Origin: Parasitella parasitica NRRL 2501
Taxonomy: Eukaryota > Fungi > Mucoromycota
Direction of reading: 5' to 3'
DNA length: 64,000 nt
NCBI GenBank assembly: GCA_025201805.1
Contig: MU619259.1
Location: 253,109 to 317,108, forward strand
Shown here: positions 1 through 13,414 of the stretch, one piece after another
How positions within the stretch are numbered: the first letter of the stretch is position 1
How the letters are laid out: each line of letters begins with the position of its first letter
Notes under the pieces: generated by a model
The model's database searches: none
What the model saw: the letters and a program-made list of their open reading frames with translations, nothing else
What the model was told of the DNA's origin: nothing
Program-made: the position numbers and the translations under genes

Positions 1-299
1 GGTTTGAGCGATCGAAATTCCTTCTCTTGGATTTTTCGTCTGAGCGATGGAACAGCCTTAATTTTCAAATAATAAAGCATTCATCCTGTCGTCATATTTA
101 CCAAAAAGGCGTCAACATAAGCATTTGAAGTAGGCATTTATTATTAGAAAAAGAATGATATCGGTCTGATTGCTGTTTCGTTAAATAGTAGTACTAATAA
201 TAAAAAGAATGGTTGAAAAGAGAGAAAGAAAGAAGAAGAAAATGAAAGCAAAAAAAAAAAAAAAGAAAAGAAGAAAACAGAATCCCAGAAAATGCAGCA

Positions 300-909
300 T
301 TACTCTTCATCCTCAGGATCAGCGCCGAACTGCTTGTAGTCAATCTTCTTTCCGCGAGTTCTTCTGCCGCCTGAAATGATTAAGCTTGTATCCAACACTT
401 CTAATTCGCTCTCTAGATCGAATAAATTTTTGTTAATAATCATCAGCATGACACAATCTACATAACCATCGTACCGGAAATGTCGCTCTTGTCATTATCA
501 GACGCATCATCATCACTTTGTTTTTTGCTGGATTTGTCTTTGGGCTTTCTGCTAGAGCTACTACTGCTGTCACCTTTGCTAGAGTTTTTTTTGGGCTTGA
601 CAACCTCTTCATCAGAGGAGTTGCTCTCTTCCTCACGCTCCTCTTCGGATTCTTCTTCTTCTTCCTCGTCCTCCTCATCAGATTCATCATCACTGCTGCT
701 GTTCTTTTGTTGCTTATTTTTGCTGACAATATTGCTGTCAACAAGCCAATTCAGTATAAATACAAAGCCATAGCAACAAGTCGATTTCAATCTTACCGCT
801 TCTTTGAAGCCTTTTTTTGAGGTTTCTCATCATCGCTGTTTTGTACTTCAGCGTGTTTACGCTTGTTTGCTAAGGCTAAAAGCTTGGAACGACGATCAGA
901 GTCAGACAT
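300..909 (-). CDS. CHZ1: Acidic histone H2A.Z-H2B chaperone-like protein with C-terminal CHZ motif (multi-exon)
   Basis: ATG at 909 (MSDSDRRSK...). Asp/Glu/Ser-rich middle exon (ORF 458-790). Last exon reads SELEVLDTSLIISGGRRTRGKKIDYKQFGADPEDEE* (stop 300-302), matching the CHZ motif (D..II..GRRTRGK.IDY). Confidence 0.75.
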
Positions 910-1149
910 GAATAATTGATTTGAACAGGTGTGAAAGGGATCAATAGAGAACAAGAGGCTCAACAAGTACCAGATGGCTCGCGTTCGCAGTCAATTCAAG
1001 AGGGAAAATTTTTTGCAACTCCTTGATGTGAGTGTAACTGTTCATTGTTTCCCTGTTTTGGTTCAATATTTTCAAAAAATTTACCAGCGTTGTAGTAAAT
1101 GATATCTAGATGATGATGTTGTTGTATTCGCACTTGCACTCAAATAGTA

Positions 1150-3700
1150 AAACTGAAATAGAGTCTTAATTTAAGTCGTGATACGTAAACAAGTTATCCG
1201 ACATTCGCCAGTAGTCAATGCCAAATTCCAATATACATTAGCTCGGATGATCCTGTTGTATCCAGACTAGAGTTATACATAATCTAATAGTATGATTGTG
1301 ATAACAGAAGTGATATTCGACCCTAAACTATACCTATTATTATCACCACTGTAAATGAGCATTGAATCATTCATAAAGTGTAAATAGCAAGGCATACCTT
1401 CCTGTCCTGGTTATTTTAAAAGGTTATCCTTAAATAAACCTATCAAGCCTCAACTCCTCATAAAATATAACATACGTATATTATTGAAAAATCAAACACG
1501 TAATATATATTTGAGGGAGGATGTAATAAAATAAGTGGATAGAGTGATAATAGGTATGTATACTACTAATGATAGTGTTCAGACCAGAAAGTTGAATAAA
1601 ACGGAAGGCGTTTCATGGTTCTTTTTCAAAATACTTGCGAGAGTCAGTTTGTAGGCTAGACTCCTCAATTAAAATGGGCACTCACCACTGGCAAAAGCAT
1701 GTGTATACAATGACAGTATAGTAGTAGGCAGAAAATTCTATCCGAGCAATACGTTGCCATTCAATTTCAAATTATGCCTCAAATCTTTATTGCTAAATAT
1801 CTCAAGCACTTTTTAGGGCAGCGCTGTTGTAGATCAGCATAAAATGAGCTATCATATAAAAGGATCTCTGTAAATAAAATTATTCAAATCATCCAAAAAT
1901 ATTCTACAAAGATCACAATCATCAAGGCCAGGCTAGTACGGATTCAAGAATAAATAGTAGCAACTCCAACACTCGTCAAATCAGCCATTAGTTCTCTCTT
2001 TCTCAATCCTTGCTGCCAAGACGTCCTTGATGAATAATTCACTATAATTAGGGTTCATATCCATAATAATCATTTATCCTTGGAAAACTAGTATAAAAAG
2101 ATGACATTTTGACTATCTTCATCTCAAAAATAAACATGTTGAGATCTACAAGATCGAAAAAGTAAAAAATAAAACGTTGAATTAACGAGATGCGAAAACT
2201 TAAGATTACTTTGTTAAAGATTCAACTTTGCATCTGCTACTGTATTTATATATACTTTTTACAACTACTTATTTAAAAAACTAGTCGATACCAATCGATA
2301 AGAGTCATTTGCAAGCAACATCTCATATCTTAAATTATGGCAGATCACCTGGAGTTAACCAAACAATCAGAGAGATTGTCTTTATTCCGAGAAGAATATA
2401 TAATCAGAAAGATAGATGAGATAACTGACAAGGAATCCTCTGAACTATTATAAATTATTAATTAGCTAATTTTTTTTTTGGCAAGAACTAGGATATGAGT
2501 CTATCAGATATGAATAGAGTTAATATGCACATGTATTATGATAGAAGATGGCGCATATGCAGAATGAACTACTATGCACCCGTAATACAAATTGTTGCGC
2601 ATATGCCATCCAAGACTTCGATCGCATATGTAGCTAAAATTATTATACACATATCCAGCCCCTAATTCATTAGAACAGCACAGTTTATTAACATGTGAAA
2701 AGGCTAGACGATAAGTAGTAGTTTGTGCTTAGTAGCGTATTTATTATGTTCAAAAAAAGTAGGATGATATGCGTGGACGAAGAACGATCAATTATTGTGA
2801 GTGCTTTTTCATTTTATATTATAGTTTAGTCTGTCAATGTATCGATACTAGTGTAAGTGGCATTGTGTCTAATAGTCGGTTTCATGGGTAATATCTCAGT
2901 TATCCAAATGTAACTACCAAAGCTATATTGTTATATGTATTCTCCACCTAGGTTATTATACTCTTCATGCTAATAAAAGTCATTCTTTCTTCTTCCTTTC
3001 CCTCTATCTATAAATCCAGTTCCTCACTTTATCTTGGTATTCCTTGGCTAGCACTTTTTGATTCTACTTAGTTTAGGTTTATTAACAATGCATATCTGCT
3101 GTGACAGGTCTTGATATGGGCACAGCAAACGATTGTTTATGATAATAGCAATGTGAAAGTAATAAAGATTATAAAGTCACCAGATATTACAAACTGAATG
3201 TTTTTATTGATTGTATTTTTTACATAGAATAAATATACATGAATCAATCGAAGAATACAATCAGACCACGTTTGACATCATTCAATTGTCAAACAAAATT
3301 ATAACACAGTAGTAGTCAGAGCAAGATCTATCTATATTTAATCAGCTAAACTATTATGAACATAAACCATACATCGAAAAGTTTAGCTTCGTAATTTAGA
3401 ACAAGTAGAACCCAATCAGATAGTTACTTATACAAGAGATTTCACCATCAACTTAGAATTACCGGTGTACCAGATCCGATCAGGAACGGTTGCCATGATG
3501 TGACTATTGGATTCTATTGCACCCATAGATACCAACAATATTCCATAACCATGTACGCGATGATATCCACAGGCCAACTCTTGATGGTGATCCGACCAGT
3601 TTTATTAAATGTGTGTTTATATACATTCAACTCCACTCATAATTCGATCTCTGGTCAGACAAATCACAAGTAGCCAAATGGTTGTTAGTGTTTATGATGC
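1150..3700. mobile_element. Highly degenerate repeat/retroelement remnant
   Basis: No ORF. 3130-3560 matches 62940-63460 in inverted orientation (e.g. AGATCCGATCAGGAACGGTTGCCATGA), and ~2085-2110 matches ~42107-42135. Family not identifiable. Confidence 0.5.
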
Positions 3701-3990
3701 TCTTATATTCACATTCAATTAAAGAGGGCAAGAGAGTTTGCGTTTGATATGATTACACTGAACGGATAGATTCTGACAAATCAAATGGTTGACATCATTA
3801 TTGAAATTAGTTTTTATCTGAAGAAAGAGTTTTAGCAATGCAACTGTTTCTTAAATGCTGCCAAAATTCAATATTTATGTTGTAGACAAACACTGTTGAG
3901 TCAACATCTCTTCTCTCTGGTTTATTATTTTATATAAAGAAAAAAAAAAAAACTATATTACAAACTCTAAACAAAATTTCCAATTATCTT

Positions 3991-4386
3991 TTACTTTCTC
4001 TTTCCCTTGGTAGCAACCTTCTTTGGTGGGCCACCGCTTGCAGCAGCCTTCTTCATGGCATTTGAGACAGCTTCATCACTTTCAATCCAAGAAATGTCAC
4101 CCAAATCCAAATCACCAAAACGCTTTTGAAACTTTGTCAATTGCTCACTTTCATCAGTAACGCCCTCCTTTAACATGGAAGGATTCCAAAGAGGATGGTT
4201 GCGAGTATCTTTGGTTAAACGAATCTGGGCACGAGTAGGTGAAGTAGTTCTAACAGTGTAGGTTGCGCCATTGCTTAGAACAATAGTTTGGAGAAACTTC
4301 TCTGGCTTTGAGTATGTTGATGCCTTTCTGATTTGCACAAGCTGGTTTGTAACTCGAATCGCTACGGTAGAGTTCAATCGAAACAT
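3991..4386 (-). CDS. MRPL36: Mitochondrial ribosomal protein bL31m
   Basis: Presequence-like N-terminus, then TIVLSNGATYTVRTTSP...KDTRNHPLWNP, typical of fungal bL31m. Confidence 0.85.
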   Translation of the reverse strand: MFRLNSTVAIRVTNQLVQIRKASTYSKPEKFLQTIVLSNGATYTVRTTSPTRAQIRLTKDTRNHPLWNPSMLKEGVTDESEQLTKFQKRFGDLDLGDISWIESDEAVSNAMKKAAASGGPPKKVATKGKRK

Positions 4387-4577
4387 GATGAAATGCTGTG
4401 TAAAACAATAAAAGCCCTTGTTTAAAATAGGATACCGTACAAGAGGGGCCGGGTATTGATGGATTTGCTTGATGAAAACTAGTCACCTTTATACTGCGAA
4501 ACGACTCAATTCCTAGGGACGAACATCCTTAGACATCCTTCGGCATCCTTGTCATATTCATTCTTACTTTGTAGATC

Positions 4578-6795
4578 ATGCTTAGAATCAGCCAAAATGT
4601 AAAACACAGGCAATATTTGCATGGGCCTACATTTTGCAGATATTTATCAGAACAAGCATCAATTGAAAAGGAAGCATTAGCAGAAAGTAAATCGGATGTG
4701 TGTGTGATTAGCCAGTCGACATTAAAGGATAAGAAATCCAGAAGAATTAAAAAAGCTCAAGGATTAAGAGATTTTGCGATAAAAAAAGGCATCCGGCTTT
4801 CGCAGCGATTGAGAGCTTCTATGATAAAAAATGAACTTGCCAAAGGCAATTGGATTGAAGTACCCGAGAATGTAGCATATACACGTAGCGCATTATTTAA
4901 TTTTCTATAAATGATCTTATCTGACATGTTCACAATAGGTGTACCACCACCGAATCATGTTGAAGTCCCAACGCTTGCGCATGGTTTAGAAAAGGTTTTA
5001 TTCAAGTAATGTTTTTTTACATGATAATTATACTTCAATTACTGACTTAGATAATTAGACCTGGAGTACATTTTCTTCGAGATCCTGCAACAAAGCTCTA
5101 CAATTTCACATCATATTTGGAGAATATTACACAGCCAGTAGACTTTGATTATGACTCACTGCAGCCTTATATCACTTCTTCACAAGATACCGTAAGTTGT
5201 CACTTACTAACTGCTTATATACAAACAAATTAATCATCTCAAACTGCCAAACAGACTTTGGTTGATTTAGCTAGAAAAATGCAGAAGCGGTACATTGGAT
5301 CAACATCATCAGTGTCTGCGACGCTATCCCATTTTTACTTTGTCATGTCAAACTTCAAACCAGTAGAGACTTCTTTCTTATCCCAGGCATTCCAAAATGA
5401 GGCAAGTAATAAAAAACACCTGGCTTTTTTTTTTAATTTAGATGTTAAAAACGTCGAGTTAGTCGAAAGAATTCACTAGAGGATCAAGAACACCAGCCTC
5501 TATCTATCTCAGATGGAAGGATGGAGTGTATGCAGTTGATGCGGACAAGTCTTATGATGTAGATGAAACAATATTATCCGTACTTGTAAGTTTTTTTTAG
5601 CGAATGTTGATTGTGGAAAGCTCTAGACATTGACTCTGTGATTTTGACCAGGGGAAATCCATGGAAAAAGTACTGACTTCTGAGCCTGATGAATTTGAGA
5701 AATGTCTTAAAGAGAACTCATCACAGCTAACAGAGGAAGAAAAAAATCAAGCAGAATCATATGCATATGGAGAGGTAGAGTCATCTTGTTTACAAGATAT
5801 ACAATATGTACATATTCGGATTAACGCTTTTTCATTGTTTAAAGTGTGGAAAATTCTTATTGAGATCGCAGCTTGACTGCTACGATCCCAAGCTACCAAG
5901 AGGCACATTTGATCTCAAGACAAGAGCAGTTATGCCAGTTCGATTAGATATTCAAAATTATGCAGCAAGTAGTGCGTTTTGTTTGCATGCAATTATTTTA
6001 TTTATACATATTGAACAGGAATATTTGGGTTACAAACTGAAGCGTTACAAAGGATTGTATGAATCATTCGAGCGTGAATACTACGATATGATACGATCTG
6101 CATTTTTAAAATACTGGTAAGAAAGGCGATATACACATATCTATTTGTTCTTACCTAATGTCTCTATGTATAGCTTCCAAGTACGCATAGGACACATGGA
6201 TGGTATTATGGTTGCGTATCATAATACTAGCAAAATATTTGGTTTCCAGTACATCTCTAGAGAAGAAATGGACTCTCGTTTATTCGGATCTTCTAAAATT
6301 GGCAATCAAGTGTTTCGAAATGCATTAGTGATGTTTGAATCTATTTTAGACAGGGCGACAGAAAAGTATCCTCAGCAAACTTTGAGGCTGTCATTTGATA
6401 CACGAAAATCAAACAAGTTCAACAATGCCACCACTTACATTTTTGTGGAAGCAGTGCCTAATGCTGCAGCAAATAAAGAAGCAACAAACACAAAGCCTGA
6501 AAATCAATATAATCCTTATGACAACCTAACCATGTATTCGCTCCAAACACACTCATTAGTAAACAATGAAGCCATACACGGCCCATTGCAGTTCAAAAAC
6601 CCTCATACTGATACCTGGTCTGTACATACAAAAATACAGGAAGTGTTTCAAGATGACCTCGATAAGAAAACAAAGCAGTTCATCCAAATGCGCAAATTTC
6701 AAGCATCTGTCTATCTACCTTCAACTAGAAGAAACCCACTTCAAGACCTGTTTAAACGAATCAGCCAGAGAGAATTGGGAAATGAAATACAATAA
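4578..6795 (+). CDS. PET127: Mitochondrial RNA 5'-processing nuclease Pet127 (multi-exon)
   Basis: Exon peptides VPTLAHGLEKVLF, PGVHFLRDP, YIGSTSSVS, GTFDLKTRAV, ESFEREYYDMIRSAFLKY and FQVRIGHMDGIMVAYHNT. Confidence 0.9.
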
Positions 6796-6887
6796 ACACG
6801 CTTTATTTTTATTTTATTTTATTTTATTTTTTTAAAAAAAAAGGTTCTTTGCAGGGTATTGAAAAAAAAAAATGCTTGGAATAGAAT

Positions 6888-7751
6888 TTAATATTGACGA
6901 CATTCCAAATCGTGCACAGGCTTGTGTGCTTTAAGACAGCGGATACCACAGTAGTATTGTGATTTACATTTCGAACAGACTGGCATTCCTCTTTTCTCGA
7001 CACCACAGTTGGAGCACGACATGGAGCACGATGATGATGCACCGCTAGAAACAGAAGATGTCCTGGATGGCAGTTTCGGTCTGGTGGTGTTGTGTTGATC
7101 GGTAATTAACTGTTCAAGAGCCATTTTGGCGGACTGCTGCAGATTCTGCTGCTGGGCGTCCAACAGAGTTGGATGCACAGATAGACACTTGCGATAGTAG
7201 GAGATAGCTTTGTCCAAATCCATGTCCTCACAGATGTGAGCACGACAGTAGTAGACAGATATACGAATAGCACGGCCGTAATCCTCACGCATTACCAGCT
7301 GCTGCTTGCTGTGTGTACTTACATTCAAAGGCAGAGACAAAGGGATATATCTGTCTGTCTGCAGGCTGTCATCCTTGATCAATTTACCCAATTCACGTAA
7401 TTCAGTCATCAAGACTGGTAACCATGGCAAATGCGTTGCTCTTGAATTGTCAACATGGCATTGTATCAATGCAACAGCTTGCTGAACGATAGCCAATAAC
7501 GCTGCATTGGTCTGAATTGACTGTTTCCTCTTGCTTAAGCGAAGCGCAATGAGATGATAGTTTGCGGTGTTGTCACAGTTATAGCATGTGCCTTGGGAGT
7601 CATGGCTGTATTCTGTGGTTGCTGCCATCTGGTATGCTGCCTCAATTGACTCGTCCGGCTTCAATTGATGCTCAAGATGATCATTTTGGCTAATGAATGG
7701 AGATTTTTCATTATCAAAAATTTTGTTGTTGGGAAGAAGCAGAGTAGGCAT
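6888..7751 (-). CDS. MYND-type zinc finger protein
   Basis: Likely ATG at 7751 (MPTLLLP). C-terminal CSNC...CSKCKSQYYCGIRCLKAHKPVHDLEC MYND finger, preceded by a TPR-like helix pair. Confidence 0.8.
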   Translation of the reverse strand: MPTLLLPNNKIFDNEKSPFISQNDHLEHQLKPDESIEAAYQMAATTEYSHDSQGTCYNCDNTANYHLIALRLSKRKQSIQTNAALLAIVQQAVALIQCHVDNSRATHLPWLPVLMTELRELGKLIKDDSLQTDRYIPLSLPLNVSTHSKQQLVMREDYGRAIRISVYYCRAHICEDMDLDKAISYYRKCLSVHPTLLDAQQQNLQQSAKMALEQLITDQHNTTRPKLPSRTSSVSSGASSSCSMSCSNCGVEKRGMPVCSKCKSQYYCGIRCLKAHKPVHDLECRQY

Positions 7752-9370
7752 TTTCTTTTTTGGAGAGAAAACTGAAACAGGAAGGAAAGAGGGGAGATTA
7801 AGACTAAAATACCAAGATAATCGATATTTAAACGAGTACAAAACCTTGATTGCAGCATGTTGGTTCGCTTTACACAAAATATCAACACTGCGGAATATTT
7901 TGGCTTTGGAACTCAAAAGACCAAACAAAATCAAACACTTGAATCAAGTGACCCCATGTGCCTTTGTTGTTTTGTTGATGGAAGACATATTCAGGCAAAT
8001 AAAACTAGTGATACTTGTAATGTATAACACAAACCAACGATGTCAGCGTGAATCAATTGCCACTGTGATATTCAACTTAATGGCTTTGTTTGTTTCCTTT
8101 GCATTCAAACAACCAATCAAATCAAACTATAGTTGCTCGTGGTTGTAAACCTCTCCTTTCACTGGCTTACAAACTATTTGTATAACCTGGGCATATTGTC
8201 CTCACTGATATTCATTTAGTTGTAACGTGTCAAAGTCAAATAAAGACGTGTAGATGCCTCAACTAGGAATATATACAATTAGAAATCAAGAAAATTCAAC
8301 ATTAGCCGTATATTATTGTTGATACCTTCTTTCATCATTAGCTTTATTTATTTGTACATCATACTATAGTTTGCTAATTATTTGGTCTTTGCCGAGGGCT
8401 GTCTAGAATTCTGTTATTGGTGTAACTTTCCTGCAGGTCAAAGGAAGCTTATTTTTTCTTTTGAATGTATGCATAGTTTATTAAGAGCTATTAAAGTTTC
8501 AGATACGAGCAGATCAATCCAAGTGTTTAAATTGTCGAAATGTTGTCTTGAAATACAAGGTATTTGAGTTATTTTCAATACAAGATCTACCGACGGATTT
8601 AGCCATCCTTTATGGTAGCTTTGTAATTTGGCCAAAACATCGTAACACGAACTCTAAATGTTGCAATTTATGTGAACACAAATTATTAATAGGGTTTTCC
8701 TTTTTTTTTTTTTTAAGATTGTGGCTATTGGGGAATTAGGTTTATCATTTATTCACATGTGTTTCAATCAGTGGCATTGCGCATAGTCTCTTGACGACAT
8801 GTACCTTACATTAGTAATATGTACCTTAAAAAAGAAAAAAAAAGAGTGCTCAATGTATATATCATCTTTCAGTACAATGCCGCTCTTCTAGAATAAGCTA
8901 TAAAAAAAGAAAGCAGCCTCCATGTATGCGCTTGAAACTGATTTGTTTTACTTGTCGCATGAAACGCGATATTTTTTATTCTGAAATTTGTTTTTACCAA
9001 CAGAATATTAGCGCAAGTCATATCCATCAATCAAATTGTGCTAGTTCTATTTATGTATGTATACGCATATACTAGAGATATTTAGCATAACTGGCTTCGA
9101 TGCAAAAGCAGCTATGGAAAAGGAAACTTATTCTTGGTCTATCATACCATGACATATATTAATTTTGCCACATATATGAAACAGGCAGTTGATTGTCCCT
9201 GAAATAACACCCCCCCCCCCTGAATTGAATTGATATGTTAAAGTAATAATCAAATGTACATTGAATATGAAGACATTCCTGATTTACAGAAGATAGAGAT
9301 CTCATGGCTTCGTACTACTCAAGCTGAATATAAAGAAGCTTAATATTTTAGGGTCAGCAACTATAGTATA

Positions 9371-10872
9371 TCGTATTTTCAAATCAAACTCACAAAATAT
9401 TTGGGGGTACCTACAAAATCTGAATATAAATCTCACAAAAATGATCTAATCAAACTCACAAAATTGACCTAAGGATTATAATAAAATAGCATCATGCTTT
9501 ATGCATGTTGGCGTAGCATGTCTATATATAAATATACTTCGTTCTTCACTTATCATCTTTACCACCTAGTTTTTTGGAATTATAAAATTATCTCTTTATA
9601 TTTAAAATGTCATGCCTAATAAAAACTTTCAACGCAACATCACACATGCAACTGTGGAAACCCGAGAGAAAATCTGTTTTGACCATTTTATGGGTTTGAT
9701 GACAGTAAAAGAAATCTGTCAAAAATATCGAATAGCTGACAAAACAGTCAGAGATATCCTTGATCGATTTCCTAAAACTGACTCTGTTGAATTCCGTCCT
9801 CGGGGAGGCCCACGAAATGTAAAGATTCAGCAAATCCACTCTGAATTTTTAAGAAATATAATTGATGAAGAAGATGAAGGAAATATTTGACATTAGAGCA
9901 ACTGCAGCAAAGACTCATCGACGAGTTCCCAGTAGAGTTTCCTTCAAAAAATGCAATTGGGATTTCTACAATCCAAAAACATATAACTCATAAGCTGTGC
10001 TTGACTCTCAAGAGAACATCGCCAGTGGAAGAAATACAAACAACTGAAAGAATAGCAAGAGAGCGAAAAGATTATTGCACTGGCATTTCGCTCAAGGGCA
10101 TTAATTACATGACAAATTGTATTTTTGTTGATGAAAGTGGATTTAATGCTTGTATGGTACCTGGACGTGCGAGATCAGCCAAAGGAAAGAAGGCCCATGT
10201 AACCACAAAGACGAAAAGGCCAAGAACATTTCAATCATTGGTGCTATTTCAGCAAAACGGGTTGAATCTTTACAAGCTGTTATGGTAGATGGTTCTACAA
10301 ACAGGTTTATCTTTGCTGAATTTATCAAGCAGCTGTTAGAATGGGTTGATAAAGAGTACCCACATCAAGAATTCTATTTTATTATGGATAATGTCAAATT
10401 TCACAAAAGTCCTATTGTACAGGATCTTTTTAAACACTCAAAACATAGCTGCCATTTTCTGCCACCATATTCTCCTATGCTAAATCCTATAGAAACTAGC
10501 TTCAACAAATTGAAAAACTTTGTTAGAAGGAACCCAAAGGAAAACAAAGAGACTATCTTGGAGCTCATTAAGGAAGCAGAGAAGAAAATAACGCCTCAAG
10601 ACTGTGAAGGATGGGTCCATCATTGTGTCAATAATGTCAATAGATGTATTGCTGGAGAAGATCTCACGTTTGAAAATTAGTGTTATGTTTTATTGAATAA
10701 AATGATTCTCTTTATCAAAGTTGTTATTCCTAAGTACTGTCGGTTCGATAAGTAATTTTTGTGAGATTGACTAGATCAATTTTGTGAGTTTGATTAGATC
10801 ATTTTTGAAAGATTTATACTCAGATTTTGTAGGTACCCCCAAATATTTTGTGAGTTTGATTTGAAAATACGA
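9371..10872 (+). mobile_element. Full-length Tc1/mariner (IS630-like) DNA transposon with ~100-bp TIRs and TA target duplication
   Basis: Left end TA|TCGTATTTTCAAATCAAACTCACAAAATATTTGGGGGTACCTACAAAATCTGA is the reverse complement of the right end ...GGTACCCCCAAATATTTTGTGAGTTTGATTTGAAAATACGA|TA. Confidence 0.92.
9612..10680 (+). pseudogene. DD34E transposase split by two frameshifts
   Basis: HTH region (9612-9890), IFVDESGFN (ORF 9887-10288) and FIMDNVKFH...LPPYSPMLNPIE (ORF 10150-10680); 34 residues between the second D and E. Confidence 0.85.
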
Positions 10873-11588
10873 TATGCGTATATCAATTCTATTCGTCCTA
10901 TACGGTATACCTTAAGCTCTTTGAAGTTAATCTTTGAAGTTAATGATTGGATCTGTCAGTTTTAAGGTCATTATGTATAGCAATAGAAAGATCTATACTG
11001 GCTCCAGTGGCTGAAAAGCGTCGCATTCCGTCAGCCTTCTTGTCACCATGTACCTACTTTTTTTGTATTATGTGACGCTGCCGGGTAAAGTAGATGGGCA
11101 AAATATGTCTCCAGTGATTATGATTCTTGGGTGCGCAAGACCCATGATCAGTGTTTTTGATTAACACAGTATCAGCTTCCATCCGTATTATTCTGCTAAT
11201 AAAGTTGTATCTCTCAGCTTGGATACCGGCTGCTAGGACACCACTGCATGGAGATTTCGTTGTATCCTACTGAGCACCAATAAACTTGGCTTTAAACAAT
11301 TTTTCGGTACATAATTGCTCAGTCAAATCAGCAAATGTTTACTTGGGAACCAAAAATCAATGAGGTTTTGCTTTTAATCGCACCATGTGAACCCATATAC
11401 ACTTGGCTTGATGGAAACAGATAAACAATGGTATGTTGCGTACTTCAAGTTTCTACAAATGTACATCATTTAGACATCCAAACGATGCTTGCGGTGACTG
11501 TCCGGACTTTATTCGTTTTACAAAAAGGCCCTGGCAATTGATATTTATGTATTCTTTTCCCCAATTTCACTAGCATTGTCAAGGAACT

Positions 11589-13051
11589 ATGCTTCGTAAT
11601 CCAAGCCATTTGAAACGAGTATTGATTAGTAAATATACAGCACCTACAGGCTGCAGCATCGTATTTAAAAAATGTCAAAGATCTTTGTATTCCACTGCAC
11701 CAGGTACATGCTTGCATGGATAAAATTTAAAAGCCCCTCCCTTTTTTCTAAATGACATTTGTCAAGTAGACTTTGAAATTGGAAGCAAGGAAACAAAAAT
11801 AAATGGACAAGTGATTGCCAGAGATGAATGGACAAACATCTCGCCCACAGTTTTATCCAAAGTCAACCGCAAATTGCACTTGCAGCCTCAAAATCCCATT
11901 TCCATCATCCGTCAATTGATCGAATCCAACTTTCAGGATTTTAAAACATATAACGAATTCAGCCCTGTTGTAACCACAAAGCAAAATTTTGATGATTTAT
12001 ACATCCCTGCGGATCATCCCAGTCGTACAAAATCAGATAATTACTACTTTAACAAGGACACAGTTCTCCGTGCACATACATCCGCTCATCAATTGCAAGG
12101 CTTGGCTTCTGGTGCAGAAAAATTTCTGATTAGTGGCGATGTCTATCGACGTGACGAAATTGATTCATCTCACTACCCTGTCTTTCACCAAATCGAGGGC
12201 TTTTTTTACCTAGATAACGACGTTTCAAAACTACAAGCAGCCCTGAAACGAATCCAAGCAAACAAAACACCCAACATTGAAGTAGTCGATGACACCATCA
12301 TAAAACCGGAAAACCCTTATCAAGACTGCCACACACCAGAGGCCGTAGATCTGATTGCAGCACATTTGAAGCATTCAATCAACTCGATGATTAGAAATTT
12401 GTTTGCTGATGAAAAGGACCTGAAAGTCCGTTGGATTGATGCGTATTTCCCCTTTACTAGTCCCAGCTGGGAAGTCGAAATTTGGTACAAAGGCGAATGG
12501 CTGGAAGTGTTAGGTTCGGGCGTAGTCAATCAAAAGATCATGAATCAAGCAGGATTAGAAAATAAGATTGGCTGGGCCTTTGGTATGGGCCTTGAGAGAT
12601 TAGCCATGGTTTTGTTTGGTATTCCAGATATCCGTCTATTTTGGTCAGAAGACAGACGTTTTATTGATCAATTCACTCCTGGAAAGATCAACAAATTTAT
12701 CCCCTTTTCGAAATATCCCCCTTGTATCAAAGACATTTCATTTTGGCTTCCTAAAGACGAATGGCATGAGAATGATTTCTGCGAGTTGGTGCGCGGTGTA
12801 GCTGGCGATATTGTAGAGACAGTCGGACTAGTAAGTCCCTATTAGTAGTGCGGTAACAAGGGATTGCAGACTGATCCATTCAAACTATTTAGATTGACGA
12901 TTTTAGACATCCCAAGACGAACCAACGCAGTTTGTGCTATCGTATCAATTACCGATCAATGGACAGAAATGTGACGAACGACGAAATCAATGAAATCCAA
13001 GAAAAAGTACGCTCCGTTGTACAAGATGAGCTTAACGTAAAACTTCGGTAG
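11589..13051 (+). CDS. MSF1: Mitochondrial phenylalanyl-tRNA synthetase (3 exons)
   Basis: Presequence exon from 11589. Class II motifs LRAHTSAHQ, GDVYRRDEID..HYPVFHQ and GWAFGMGLERLAM. FDX-ACB last exon (SLCYRINYRSMDRN...VKLR*). Confidence 0.93.
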
Positions 13052-13414
13052 ACTCCATCCACTATGAGAAGCGAAAATGACGCGCCTTTGAGTCGTGATT
13101 GTTCGTGTTGAGATTTTCAGATCGCCTGTTCCTATATAGATAAACATTCAATAAACACCCAACATGCAGCTTGCACAGGCTAAAGCCAATAAAAACAACC
13201 CTGCACCATTAATTGATACGGCATGTGATGGTTTGAACACACATAAAAAGCACATTTTTAACGTGATGAATTTAGGCCTTTAAATGGCCGAATTAAGGTG
13301 ATTGTGCAATGATAAAAAGCAAACAAATCCCCCTGTTTTTGTTTCCCTTCCTTTGCCTTTTTCTCTTTTCTTTTTTTTTTTTTTCTTTTCAGAAAAAGAC
13401 ACTAATTATATTAA

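Noticed and set aside
480-820. Plus-strand Ser/Leu/Phe-rich ORFs
   Set aside because: Antisense shadows of the acidic CHZ1-like exon; the same applies to shadows over PRP28, NOC2, SCC2 and the subtilisin.
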